A stretch of DNA of 64,000 nucleotides from Candidatus Melainabacteria bacterium 17Bon1m (GCA_032128875.1 JAVLKG010000017.1:1-64000), one strand, 5' to 3'. Positions 1-10,076 are shown, counted from the first letter of the stretch. Translations and numbers: made by a program. The notes: a model not told the origin generated them from the sequence alone.

Positions 1-269
1 CAGCAAAGGAGGAAAGGAAGTCCTAAAAGCGCAATTCTAATTGTCGTTGACGTTCAATTTAATTTGACGCCAATCAGAAGGTGCCGAGCCACCTTGGATT
101 CAGATAGACAGAGAGCAGCAATTGTTTACTGACTCCTGAGGCACAATCAAACTGCGCGAACTTTTGGGTATTACATTTGACCCCAAAACTTCATTCAGGA
201 ACATAATTGCCATTATCGGACAAGGTAGGTTGGCGATACAGGGTTCTTAACTCTGCTTTCGCTATGCAA

Positions 270-1055
270 TCACAATTTTTCAGAGTCAGCCTTATCTACT
301 GATTTCAGGTTGTTGATAATGCGTTCGGCTTGGTCAATTGACGCGCGGTTGACTTTTTGAGGCGCATTGCCGCCGATAGTCGTCATTGCGTCTTTCCAGC
401 GCTCTCGTTGCATCAAGTATTCGATTTTTGTGCCATCTAAAAAAGGAAGGAAGATTTCCTGAGCGTAGGATTCATCATTTTGAAGAACGTATTCTGCCAC
501 ACAATAAAGTATTGCAAGATGCGTACTCAAAATTTCGAAGTACATCGTTGCTAAAAGGTGGGGACCGTTTTCCGCATCGAAGTAACTTAAATTGAAAGTA
601 GTCTCCTTTTCCTCTTCATCTTCCTCTCGTCGTTGAGCGAACATCATAGAAGAATATGTCGGATGAACTTGATTCGACAACCATTCATACTGAGCATATA
701 CTCGAGGACCGTTTTGAAAATTCTCCTTCCATTCTCCCAAAAGCCTCATCAGGGGAAACATATCTCTATACTTCTTAGAAGCCGTTTTGCTTTTGAGGAA
801 ATTTAGCCACGCATTTGCAGCTCGGTCGTCAGACCAAGCTCTTACTGCAAAACACATCGATTCAATTGCGCGACGAGCGTACATCGCAGAATCGCCCACG
901 TGTCCGCGCAATAGAGTGATTACTCCTACCGTAAGTAGGCGTCTACATTCCATAAAGCAGTTACCGCCAGCTTGGACGCTACTTTTCGACAGTGGCGGCG
1001 GTTTCTTTGCGAAATCTTGTAAAAGCCAGCCATAAACGTCATGAATATCCTTCAC
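270..1055 (-). CDS. DUF5677/HEPN-like hypothetical protein
   Basis: 261 aa ORF with helical pattern 'ARRAIE' and 'YEWLSNQVHP', resembling DUF5677/HEPN-like proteins. The frame stays open upstream of the GTG, so the start is uncertain. Confidence 0.45.
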   Translation of the reverse strand: MKDIHDVYGWLLQDFAKKPPPLSKSSVQAGGNCFMECRRLLTVGVITLLRGHVGDSAMYARRAIESMCFAVRAWSDDRAANAWLNFLKSKTASKKYRDMFPLMRLLGEWKENFQNGPRVYAQYEWLSNQVHPTYSSMMFAQRREEDEEEKETTFNLSYFDAENGPHLLATMYFEILSTHLAILYCVAEYVLQNDESYAQEIFLPFLDGTKIEYLMQRERWKDAMTTIGGNAPQKVNRASIDQAERIINNLKSVDKADSEKL

Positions 1056-1365
1056 CAGGTAGAGAATGTCTTCTAGGTGTTTACTAGTTGCTTCAACAAC
1101 TCCCTTTTCTTCCAGCTCAAAGGCAGTTAAAAAGTGGTCATCATTATGAATCCACGAGTTATTAAAACTGTAATTGTCCGGCGCGTCAGGACTAAGAATA
1201 CGAAAATCGTTTCGTTTCAGAAAATCATGCGTATGCGGATAGTGAAAAAACTTTTTGTTCGTCCTAGTCTCTCGATTCGAAGGTTGGGAAAAACATTATG
1301 TTGTGCAGTGTATGTTATACCCGCTGGAGCTGGCTTTTACTCATGGTCCTTGTCAGAGCTCGCAT

Positions 1366-2712
1366 TTAAACTCCGTGCTTTTTTACAAGACGACTGAAAA
1401 ACTCTTGAATTTTTTTCTCTGATTCTTTGCCACACAGTTCATTCGCTCCGAACCTGTAGATTTCATAGCCGGCTAATTTCAAATCTCTATCTGCTTCAAC
1501 CATTTCTGCATACAGTTTCAATGAAGCAATTCCAGCATCAGAAAAATGTTGTGAGCCATCGACTTCTATGACCACTCTCACTGACGAACTGAAGAGAATT
1601 AGAAAGTCCATCCGCTGTCTTGCAAGCCGAGAAAAACCACCCAATTGTTTTATGGTATACGGATCATAATGAAGATAGACTTGCGGAACCAATGCAGGAA
1701 AATGATCACCTCTTGCTTTGAACATCTTGTAATAGCAATAGAACAAATTTCTTTCACCAATGGAAGCAAGTGACTTTGACAAGCGCTCAACCAGATTTTT
1801 TCGAGCTTCGTCAGTTTTTTCAATGCCTTTGAGATCTTTCCACCAATCGAGCATGTCTTGTTTCGACAAACCATTACTTCCGATGGGTCTGTCGTAAACT
1901 AAGCAGTTGTCAGCGTTTTTAACAATGCGAATATCATTATTGATTGCGTCTGAAAGTACAATTTCAGGCTTAGGACCATCCGCTGCGAAGATCAAATTCT
2001 TGGGGGCACCGGCTACACCTCCACCGACTGCAACAATTTTGAATATTGGATACCCTGATATAGAGCTTGTTTGAATGAAATGGTAACCATCGTTTTTCAG
2101 GTGCTGATTAATTGCATCAACCAAATTTTGCTGTTTCTCTTTTCTCCTAGAATTTGGATGAACAACTTTTTCAAGGAATTCGAAAAATAAAGTTCTTGAA
2201 CAGCCAATGATATCCAATTGGTCCAAAAGAAAGGTATTATCCCAGTCTCCAGGATTTCTAATGCAGTGTTGAATAATAGACTTTTTCAAAGAACCGCCTC
2301 TCGGATATGGAGAATTTAGTTCAGAAATTGGCCACATAGTCTCAAGATCTTCGTCTAATTTGGTGTAGTCTCCAAAAAGGTCAACATGTTCCAATTCATC
2401 GATAATCAACCTCCTAGACAGATCGGAGATATTCGGACCACTAACCGCATCTAGATGCTTTCTGGCCGACTCTCGAATGCCAAAATCTGGATAGCACTTT
2501 TCTATTTGAATTGTCATATTTAAGAAATCGAAATCGCTCAATTTATCAAGACGATTGCGTACATACATACGCTTGCTTGAATCTGCATCTGCAACATCGC
2601 CAGAATTTAAACCGAAACGGTCACACTCTGATGGTAAGTCTGCTTCTTCTATATGATCATCCAGCAGCTGTGCAATTTGTATACTTAATATGAGGCGATC
2701 TTTTTTGTCCAA
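1366..2712 (-). CDS. AbiJ-related protein (AbiJ N-terminal domain plus C-terminal DUF559/Vsr-like restriction-endonuclease fold)
   Basis: Motifs PKNLIFA..GPKPEIVLSDAINNDI, PQVYLHYDPYT and RQRMDFL..VVIEVDGSQH are typical of AbiJ-NTD3 plus REase proteins. Confidence 0.7.
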   Translation of the reverse strand: MDKKDRLILSIQIAQLLDDHIEEADLPSECDRFGLNSGDVADADSSKRMYVRNRLDKLSDFDFLNMTIQIEKCYPDFGIRESARKHLDAVSGPNISDLSRRLIIDELEHVDLFGDYTKLDEDLETMWPISELNSPYPRGGSLKKSIIQHCIRNPGDWDNTFLLDQLDIIGCSRTLFFEFLEKVVHPNSRRKEKQQNLVDAINQHLKNDGYHFIQTSSISGYPIFKIVAVGGGVAGAPKNLIFAADGPKPEIVLSDAINNDIRIVKNADNCLVYDRPIGSNGLSKQDMLDWWKDLKGIEKTDEARKNLVERLSKSLASIGERNLFYCYYKMFKARGDHFPALVPQVYLHYDPYTIKQLGGFSRLARQRMDFLILFSSSVRVVIEVDGSQHFSDAGIASLKLYAEMVEADRDLKLAGYEIYRFGANELCGKESEKKIQEFFSRLVKKHGV

Positions 2713-2799
2713 CTGAAAGCTCCTTCAGTTTTTCATTTATGCACAACATTTTGTTGTTGCTTACATCTGCAACTTCTGATGTCAAATTCGTGTCAGGAT

Positions 2800-4077
2800 C
2801 TAATCATCCTTTTGAGTGTGAATCAGCTGAAAACTATGCGAATTAAGCAGATACCATTCTCTTCCTTTTTTCTCGAGCCTTCCGGAAATTTGGATCAGCT
2901 TATCCGCATCCCATGCTTGAGAAGCTTCTGCTCGCTCCTTCGACGCAAGAAAAACTCCAATGTAAGTCAAACCTGGGACTGGAAGCTTGCCGTCCAAGAC
3001 TCGAAGGATTTTTATAGTTATGCGCTTCTCCAGATCTGATGCATCAAAGACACCATTAAAATCTCTGGCGCTGACGTTCTCTTTTTCACCTTCTCTATTC
3101 TCAAGTCTCGATGGCAACCCAATTATCGTAACTGTCTCCGGTGTGTGTTCAAAGACCTTCATCTGACTAGATGCCGAGCGTAGTCTGGTCGCCGCAGTAG
3201 GAGGCAGACTAATTAATTCAGAAAACGCTCTATCCTTAACCTCGATGATTGGCGACCAACTAAACCTATATTCGAATCTTGCATTCTGTTTTTCGTCAAC
3301 TTCAAGCATTGATGCGAGTGCGTCACACATATTTGCGCTTAAGCCTTCTTCAAAACCGGCTAGAATTGGTTCTACACTTTTGTTTGCCTCAGCTTCTTTG
3401 ACGAACTTTAAACCGCGCACCAGTCTTATTAGGGCTCGTCGTTCCATAGGAATTTTTTCTATTTTTGATTCTGCTTCTACCTTTGCAACCAATTCATTAT
3501 CATCATCACCATCTTCGTCTTCATCAATACTTGCTGAAGAATAAGCCACCGTAGATGGTGCAAAACTAGTCTTGATAGGAGCTTGCACCGTGAATCCATA
3601 GCTACCAATAAAGGTCTGACCGAACTGGCAAGTTTCAACCATTCGCTTGCCTGCACTCGAAAGACCGTTATGCACTGGTTGTGGAGATTTAAGCCCGGTA
3701 GCAGCATATCCAATCAGCTGTTTAAGATTTGGTACTATCTGCGCTGCGGAGTTTAGCGAAATTGTGTGGCGATTCCCAGGTGTTTCAATTCGGAGAGAAA
3801 GTACATCGTAAGATACCCCTGTTACGTAATCGAGTACAGTCGATAAATCCTCCTTTTGAACGGCACTAACCATTTCTAGAGCATCTGTAAGAAGGATTTG
3901 AAAATTTCTTGATTTTTTGTCTTTTGGAATTGTGATTTTAAGCGGCTGACCAGAATCATCGTCGAAACCTCCTAGAATTTGGACGTGTTGATCCTTATAT
4001 TCGTCACGCCAGCCGTTTCGCTCAAGATATGAAATCAAGTGCGCTATTTCTACTAGATTAATGCGATCATCAGCCAT
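2800..4077 (-). CDS. hypothetical protein, usual downstream partner of DUF4365 genes
   Basis: N-terminal 'SYLERNGW', 'FGQTFIGSY' and 'GLSANMCDAL' motifs; start overlaps the DUF4365 gene stop. Confidence 0.6.
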   Translation of the reverse strand: MADDRINLVEIAHLISYLERNGWRDEYKDQHVQILGGFDDDSGQPLKITIPKDKKSRNFQILLTDALEMVSAVQKEDLSTVLDYVTGVSYDVLSLRIETPGNRHTISLNSAAQIVPNLKQLIGYAATGLKSPQPVHNGLSSAGKRMVETCQFGQTFIGSYGFTVQAPIKTSFAPSTVAYSSASIDEDEDGDDDNELVAKVEAESKIEKIPMERRALIRLVRGLKFVKEAEANKSVEPILAGFEEGLSANMCDALASMLEVDEKQNARFEYRFSWSPIIEVKDRAFSELISLPPTAATRLRSASSQMKVFEHTPETVTIIGLPSRLENREGEKENVSARDFNGVFDASDLEKRITIKILRVLDGKLPVPGLTYIGVFLASKERAEASQAWDADKLIQISGRLEKKGREWYLLNSHSFQLIHTQKDD

Positions 4078-4759
4078 CTAGTTTTTTGTTCTCTTCCCGT
4101 AACCTCATTACTCTAAGTAGCTCCTCGGGAGTTAGGAGCTTATCCAGCGCAACCGTTTTGTTGTTTTCCACTTGTTTCAGTGAACCTGGAAGATATTTCC
4201 AGAAACAGCAATTTTTCAGTGTTAGAGCTTCTTGAGCGCTATTTACCCAGTTGTCGTCACCTTTTTCATGCAACCAACAAACAATCAGAATGCAAGGCAC
4301 GCCTGCACCTTGTTCCCCTTCCGCTTCGGCGTTGTAGTCGACAATTTTGTTATAAGCGTCAGGCGTCATCAGATAAGTAACATCGCCGTTTTTCTTTACT
4401 GACACCCGCCTTGAACTCGCTTTCAATTGAAACGCAAGAGGAAAGGCGCCGTTTCGCTGCTTGCCATTGATACTTTTGACGAGCTTGAAAAGCCCATCAT
4501 GGCCCTGATCCTGATTGTCCTTTGTGATAGTAATCCCGGCACGAGCAGCTATGGCCGTCACATGTGCGATACTTATCTGTTCTTTGATTGCATCTTCATT
4601 TAACCCGGTCCAAAGTGTCAAGCCAGGCTTCTTTTCTTTGGCTGCAGGCTGTGTTGTTTTTTTATCGCTGAAACTGGATGTTTCTTTGACTTTATTGTCG
4701 CTACTATCTTTCATCGATGAAGCCGTTTTGCTCAGTGGGCACGACTTCATATACCACAA
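4070..4759 (-). CDS. DUF4365 domain protein (PD-(D/E)xK-like)
   Basis: 'KEQISIAHVTAIAARAG', 'DQGHDG' and 'AFQLKAS' motifs match DUF4365. Confidence 0.7.
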   Translation of the reverse strand: MWYMKSCPLSKTASSMKDSSDNKVKETSSFSDKKTTQPAAKEKKPGLTLWTGLNEDAIKEQISIAHVTAIAARAGITITKDNQDQGHDGLFKLVKSINGKQRNGAFPLAFQLKASSRRVSVKKNGDVTYLMTPDAYNKIVDYNAEAEGEQGAGVPCILIVCWLHEKGDDNWVNSAQEALTLKNCCFWKYLPGSLKQVENNKTVALDKLLTPEELLRVMRLREENKKLDG

Positions 4760-4938
4760 TCTGAAAGGTCAAAACCGCTAATTGTTTTCCAAAGTAAGCT
4801 AATGTTCGCGCGGAAAGCAGATGCTAAGTAATTACTTTCACTTGGGTGCCTTTGGTGCGCGTAAAACATTCGAAAACCTTTTTTTGTGTATTTCCGCCCA
4901 GGTACAGCATTTTTCCTTAGATCTGCCGTGCTCGCGTA

Positions 4939-5487
4939 TTACTTTTGCTGCGGTTTCCGTGTTTTCTTTTTGGTTGCCTGTCCCATTTCATAATGTTCTT
5001 TAATGTCAGCGCTATCGATCAGTTGCTGTCCATCAACCGGTTTGGTTGCTCTCACTTTTGTTTTCTTTGGAGAATGCTTCAGTTCAGCTAGATCGATAGC
5101 CGAAGCTGCTTTCCATTCGGAGGCCCACTTGTTTGAGCGTTCTTTGGCTAGTCTTTTTAACTTACTTATTTCCTCCTCGCTGTTGTTAGGCAAATTTCTT
5201 CTCTGAATTTCAAGATCTACTGCAATGCTTTCAGCTGCCGCACGCCAACAAAGAAGCAAGGCACTGATTACTTCGTCTTGGAAAAGACCTATAGAGTCTA
5301 TGACTTGTTGGAATTGCGTACGGACAGTTTCTCGCTTCTGCTCTTCCAGCTGAGAAGTAATCGCTGCTCGAATGAAGCTGGTTCTGCTTTTGAACTTCTT
5401 TGATCTAAAGACTAAATGGTCAATTTCCTTCAACTGCCATTCGGTCAGTCGAATGTGAATGTCCTTGTACTTTTTGGGTTTCGACAT
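4939..5487 (-). CDS. ribbon-helix-helix DNA-binding protein, paralog of 62003..62512
   Basis: N-terminal 'DIHIRL..IDHL..SRTSFIRAAI' RHH pattern; shares 'CWRAAAESIAVD' with 62003..62512. Confidence 0.7.
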   Translation of the reverse strand: MSKPKKYKDIHIRLTEWQLKEIDHLVFRSKKFKSRTSFIRAAITSQLEEQKRETVRTQFQQVIDSIGLFQDEVISALLLCWRAAAESIAVDLEIQRRNLPNNSEEEISKLKRLAKERSNKWASEWKAASAIDLAELKHSPKKTKVRATKPVDGQQLIDSADIKEHYEMGQATKKKTRKPQQK

Positions 5488-5681
5488 AAGTGGATACGAT
5501 TAAACTGTCTAGAAAGTTTCTTTTACAGAGTTTGTGGATACGTTATATACCCTGATTTTCTTTGGCATAGACTTTTTGAGTATGCGACTACTATCAAACA
5601 ACGGCAGTAACGGCTGCCTTCGTAAGCACTTACATGGCGATTGAGAATAGGATTCTCGACGCTGACACCAAGGAGGTTGAA

Positions 5682-5750
5682 ATGCAAGAATTGATTGCGT
5701 TATTCGCACTGATAACTGTATGGACGGCTCTAATATTGCGAACTCACTGA
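5682..5750 (+). CDS. 22-aa hydrophobic peptide MQELIALFALITVWTALILRTH (type I toxin-like)
   Basis: AAGGAGG at 5670-5676, ATG at 5682, TGA at 5748-5750; homologous peptide at 62744..62815. Not in the ORF track. Confidence 0.75.
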   Translation: MQELIALFALITVWTALILRTH

Positions 5751-5764
5751 TCAACTGAACTTAA

Positions 5765-5788
5765 GGGCAGGCGCTCGAGAGCCTGCCC
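5765..5788. terminator. intrinsic terminator hairpin between convergent genes
   Basis: GGGCAGGC-N8-GCCTGCCC. Confidence 0.65.
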
Positions 5789-5809
5789 CATTTCTCTCAG
5801 CAAGCTATC

Positions 5810-6676
5810 TTATGATTTAAAGTCAAAAATCAAACGCAAAGCACGTTGATTTTCAAACAATGGGAAATTGGGTTCACGTCGAACGGCGTTCATCAATTCC
5901 CAATAACAATGTGAACCAATCCTAGTCGCACATTCCTTTGGTACATTGAACCCGTATTGTCTTACGCCCATATATGGCTCTTTCCAAAAGAAACTTCTTT
6001 CGAATTCTTCACGAATATAGCGATAAAGTCCCCAGCGAAGTTCGTTCAAGAGATTGACAATTGATTTCTCATTTTGATAGTAAACAATCAAAAACCACTC
6101 CAATAACTCTGGAAGTATCATGAATACTTCGTCTATGCCAATATCAATGTCGTTTTCCTTAAACACTTTGACTAAAGCTCTCGCATCTATTTCTAGCCTA
6201 GAAAAACTGTGTTTTACATGATTACCGCATAGCAAGAGAAGAGTTTTCGGATCTATTTTGATGGTGGCATGTCGATCGATAGTGGGTAACCACATATCAT
6301 TAAGGACGAATTTCTCACCAAAAAACTTGTCGATATTATCAATAGCCTTTTTCAACGGCTTAACTTCTGTAGAGAGTAAAGGTTTTTCCACCACCCTTGT
6401 GAGCAGTCGCATAAAGCTTTCTGTTTTGTCCTTTTCGGTCATGCCCGGTCTGAAAGCTTCGTATCGTGGCGCTGATAAAAAATCTGCGAATAGTACGTGA
6501 AATAAGCGTCTTTGCGCATCATTTTGGAACATCACAGTTCCTTCCTTGAAATAGTCCATTTCAAGTTTGTCGTAATTAACCAGGTCAAGAATCAATTCCC
6601 ATGCTGCAAGTAGCAGCATTACTTCCTTTTCCAGTTCTGAGTATTTTGTTTTGGAAACCGACTGCATTGAAATCAT
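5810..6676 (-). CDS. hypothetical protein
   Basis: 288 aa ORF starting 2 nt after the recombinase stop; no family recognised. Confidence 0.65.
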   Translation of the reverse strand: MISMQSVSKTKYSELEKEVMLLLAAWELILDLVNYDKLEMDYFKEGTVMFQNDAQRRLFHVLFADFLSAPRYEAFRPGMTEKDKTESFMRLLTRVVEKPLLSTEVKPLKKAIDNIDKFFGEKFVLNDMWLPTIDRHATIKIDPKTLLLLCGNHVKHSFSRLEIDARALVKVFKENDIDIGIDEVFMILPELLEWFLIVYYQNEKSIVNLLNELRWGLYRYIREEFERSFFWKEPYMGVRQYGFNVPKECATRIGSHCYWELMNAVRREPNFPLFENQRALRLIFDFKS

Positions 6677-6678
6677 TC

Positions 6679-7239
6679 CTAATATTTCAGCCTATGCACC
6701 GCATCGCGAGTGTCTTCCGGATCGACTGCAAGATACGCCTGCAGTTGTGAAAGTGAAGAGTGCCCAGACATCTCTTGCACCGTGCGTAGTGGCACACCCA
6801 TTCGACTAAGTGTTGTTAGAAAAGTCCTGCGCATTGAATGTGTTTTGGTTCCATCAAGTCGAAGTGCATCGTAAGCGCTTCGCAGAATGTAGTGCCCTTG
6901 CACGCGCTCGATATGGCCGCTTGCCGATCGGTCGGACGGGAAGAGCCAGGTCCCAAGTGTTGTCGACAATGCGTATTCTCGAATATACGATCTTAGTTTT
7001 GGGTGAATGGGAATGTCGCTGTAGACAGTCCCGCGCTTCTTCAGGCGTTTGACAGTCAGTTTGTTTCTGACTGTTCCGTTCTCGGTAATCACCTGGTCGG
7101 TTTCGAGGCGGACGATTTCGCCGATGCGTAACCCGGTGTATATGCCAATTGCAAAGAGAAGTTTGTTTCGAGGAGACGGAATGACTTGGAATATGTTTTG
7201 GATATCCTTGTCTTTCAAAATTGCAGCTTGACCGGGCAT
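6679..7239 (-). CDS. tyrosine recombinase (catalytic domain only, resolvase-like)
   Basis: TGLRIGE (R), THSMRRT (HxxR), GHSSL (H) and QAYL (Y). Likely start MPGQAAIL at 7239. Confidence 0.9.
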   Translation of the reverse strand: MPGQAAILKDKDIQNIFQVIPSPRNKLLFAIGIYTGLRIGEIVRLETDQVITENGTVRNKLTVKRLKKRGTVYSDIPIHPKLRSYIREYALSTTLGTWLFPSDRSASGHIERVQGHYILRSAYDALRLDGTKTHSMRRTFLTTLSRMGVPLRTVQEMSGHSSLSQLQAYLAVDPEDTRDAVHRLKY

Positions 7240-7505
7240 TGAACAAAATCTTTCTAGCGAGATATATCGTTCAGTATATGCGGGCATGTTTTTGGATGCA
7301 AGTGCAGAGAGTAGATATATGGTCCATTGCTGTTTCTCTTGACTGAACAAAATTACTCTTTTGTTCAGTCGCGGATTAGTCACAAAGTTGCGTCCATCGA
7401 CCAACTGTCTGTTGACAATTGGTCGTCGCTTGCAAGCCCTTTAAACGATTCTTTGAAGGGCCCGCACCCAAATTAGCCTTGCAACCAAAAAACGCAGGCA
7501 CTGTG

Positions 7506-8573
7506 TCATTTATCAGTACCTTCGTCCAAAGTCTCCACCATGAAACGAGAAACCGACTTCCAGCCAATGTTTCCCTCGTAAAGACCTCTGTTATGCCCAG
7601 TATTCTTTAGACTGTCTGCAATCTCACTGTAGAGTTCGTGAAATGCTTTCACTGAGATCGGTCTCTCCAATTCGAACACCAGGTGCTGCCAACCGTCACC
7701 GTCTATCGGACCTCTTGTTGTTCGAAGCACTAACCCCTGAAGTTTTTCCAGAAAAACCTTCTCGACATTGTCGGTTCGTTTTTGTGGAATGCTCTTATGT
7801 TCAAACGCTTGGATTACAGTGCCTTCGTTGCCGACGCATATACCTGAACTGACATAGATGGCTTGATTGTTTGAAATAGTCTCAATCTCAATTTTAGGAT
7901 GGCTGAGTCCGCGCTCCTTAGCCATCTTTTGGCTACTTCTTAGCAGTGCTTTTAATCTGGAATTAGACTTTTGTTGACAGCACAAAACGTATGTTCCGCG
8001 CCTATTTTCGATAAACACAGGTCGAGCTAGAAACTCTCTATCCGAGCGTCCTGCCTCTCCTAGAGCCTTTTTTAACTCGTTTGTCTCTTCCTTGCTGTTC
8101 TTCAGTACCGTAATTTTTTGCGGCAAGAGTCGTTTGCCTTGGACTTCGCATCCAGCTTCTCGGAGCGCATTAAGCACGTCTTCATGATAGTCCGTTGAAA
8201 TGGAAAGATCAGTTGGAAACAACAAGACACGTTCACAACCTCCGCCCGGAAGGTGATAGGTGTCTGCGCTGTAGAAGACTCCGAAGCCAAGCTCTTTACC
8301 TCTTTCTTTGAGCCTCGCCACTGCCTCTTGTTTTACACCATAAGGCTCGGTGACAAAGCTTTGAATCCCGTGCCATACCGTGCTTCCTGAATGATCCAAA
8401 CCTACGCCGACTTTAGCAAAAAACTCTCGCAGCGAGTCTCCAACTAGCCATGGCTTCTTGCCATACTCCTTTCCTGGTTTGTCCTTCTTTATGATCTTGA
8501 TCAGCCATTGAGGCGTGTGTCCACCTTTGACTGAGGTGGCTGGCGGATTTATCGAGGCAGTCTTCGAACTCAT
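7506..8573 (-). CDS. hypothetical protein
   Basis: Long ORF; likely ATG start (MSSKTAS) at 8573; no family recognised. Confidence 0.6.
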   Translation of the reverse strand: MSSKTASINPPATSVKGGHTPQWLIKIIKKDKPGKEYGKKPWLVGDSLREFFAKVGVGLDHSGSTVWHGIQSFVTEPYGVKQEAVARLKERGKELGFGVFYSADTYHLPGGGCERVLLFPTDLSISTDYHEDVLNALREAGCEVQGKRLLPQKITVLKNSKEETNELKKALGEAGRSDREFLARPVFIENRRGTYVLCCQQKSNSRLKALLRSSQKMAKERGLSHPKIEIETISNNQAIYVSSGICVGNEGTVIQAFEHKSIPQKRTDNVEKVFLEKLQGLVLRTTRGPIDGDGWQHLVFELERPISVKAFHELYSEIADSLKNTGHNRGLYEGNIGWKSVSRFMVETLDEGTDK

Positions 8574-8812
8574 TTTTCTTTCTCCATCAACGCCGCAAAA
8601 GGTTCGAAAGCGCAGATCTCCAAATGATCTGCCCTTCATTGCCGAAGCGGCTATGCAAAATTCTTCTTGAGACCATCGTCTCGAAGAATCGGCAATTTGA
8701 AAAGTGCCCCAAAACATGTCTTCTAGGAGTACAGATCCTGGAAATCTACTTGTCGATTCGATTTCTAGTCTCAGTATTTTTTTGTCTAGACACAAAAATG
8801 TGACTGACTAGC

Positions 8813-9478
8813 CTATTTACCGGCGAGCCAGCCCCACCAGGATTTTTTCTCTTCTGCCTTAGTTATTTGCTTAGCAGCTTCTTTGAGGTCAGCGTTTTCT
8901 TTGTTTAGCTCTTCGATTTGCTTTTTCAGGGCAGTAGTTTCAAAATCTTTGAGCTTTTCTTCCTCTTCCAATTTCTTCTGCAAATCAGGCAGCAAGCGAA
9001 GCTGTGTCTCCTTTTCCTGCAATTCATGACGTAATTGAAAAATGACGTCCTTCTGCTCGTCGAGCTTGTTGCCGAATTGTTCAGCAATGGTTTTTATGAT
9101 CTGTTCGACTTCTAAGGAAGGATTAGAGCGTGGCTTTTCTTCTGGTGAAAAGTCTTCTTCTATATATTCATTTTCAATGCTTTCCGACTCTGCATCGACA
9201 ACATCGAGTTCATCTTGTTCTTCAGGAATGTCGTCATTCAAGTCCTTTGCAAATTCAGGAGTAATCCAAACTTGCAGAGGAGAATTTGCCAGTTTGCCCA
9301 ATCTCTTTGACTGCAAAACCTTCTTTTTTACATAACGGCGCAGCGTTTTTTCTGAAACACCGGTTGCCTGGACAGCATCTTGAAGGAGCATCCAGGTACC
9401 TTCTTGGGCTGATGTCTGGACAGGGTGGTCAGACATTGAAGGCATTTTTGCCGTGGGTTGCTTGGACAGTCTAGTCAT
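8813..9478 (-). CDS. MerR-like HTH plus acidic linker and coiled coil (RacA/pSK1-Par-like partition candidate)
   Basis: 'LQDAVQATGVSEKTLRRYVKK' HTH, long heptad region and amphipathic C-terminus 'KKSWWGWLAGK'. Confidence 0.65.
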   Translation of the reverse strand: MTRLSKQPTAKMPSMSDHPVQTSAQEGTWMLLQDAVQATGVSEKTLRRYVKKKVLQSKRLGKLANSPLQVWITPEFAKDLNDDIPEEQDELDVVDAESESIENEYIEEDFSPEEKPRSNPSLEVEQIIKTIAEQFGNKLDEQKDVIFQLRHELQEKETQLRLLPDLQKKLEEEEKLKDFETTALKKQIEELNKENADLKEAAKQITKAEEKKSWWGWLAGK

Positions 9479-9880
9479 CGGATATATCCAAATCTAGGAA
9501 CGGGCGACTTGGTCATTATAGAGAAAAACCGTATTTGGTGCACCTGTTTTTACTTCGAAACTTTGTCTGGACAAATGGTTTTGTCTGGACTGTCACTGAA
9601 AGCCTTGACCTGTGTTGTGTTTTCGGGTGCGCTTGGTCTGGTCCTGTGTGCGGTGTATGGACTGTCTAGACTTGAATGACTGGACAGTCTAGACGTTATT
9701 TTTCGGCTGTCTAGTCAAAATTTGGCTGCGGGTAAAAAGATGGATCGATACCGAATCCGGTGCCGCCAAATTAAAATATGTCTTGACCGTCTAGTCCGTC
9801 TAGACATATGCTATCTTGTCTGAGGATAAGAACTGGACTGTCTAGACATCTCCCGTATATCCTGTCCGGTCAGTCTAGGC
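9365..9880. repeat. cluster of about 20 GTCT(A/G)GAC-like 8-mers, often tandem at 9-bp pitch (centromere- or iteron-like)
   Basis: Examples: TGTCTGGACA 9413 and 9564; TGTCTGGACT 9582; TGTCTAGACT 9663; CTGGACAGTCTAGAC 9680; GTCTTGAC-C-GTCTAGTC-C-GTCTAGAC 9780-9805; CTGGACTGTCTAGAC 9833. Confidence 0.85.
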
Positions 9881-9899
9881 AAAAGCTCAAAAACTAACG

Positions 9900-9995
9900 C
9901 AGATCAGCCCTAATAGATCTTGATCATTTCTTCTCAGGGCTTTAGGATCTGATCGATCTATAAGAGACACCGTAAGTGGTGTCACCAAGATCAAA
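9900..9995. promoter_or_regulatory. GATC-rich segment with hairpin, candidate replication origin or promoter region
   Basis: Seven GATC sites in ~95 bp (9902, 9916, 9922, 9946, 9951, 9955, 9989) and a GACACC-N6-GGTGTC hairpin at 9966-9983. Confidence 0.45.
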
Positions 9996-10076
9996 TCTCC
10001 GTTCAATAAATACTAGAAAGAGAGACTAGCCATTAATACTCGTGAGGACCTGCAGAAGGAGTCTTCTGTACCCGCG

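Noticed and set aside
6679-7404. Integrase marking a prophage or ICE boundary
   Set aside because: The protein is catalytic-domain only, and no att/tRNA site or phage structural genes were seen. A plasmid resolvase role fits better.
9365-9880. CRISPR array
   Set aside because: Repeats are 8-9 bp and irregularly spaced, with no 25-40 bp repeat/spacer periodicity and no cas genes.
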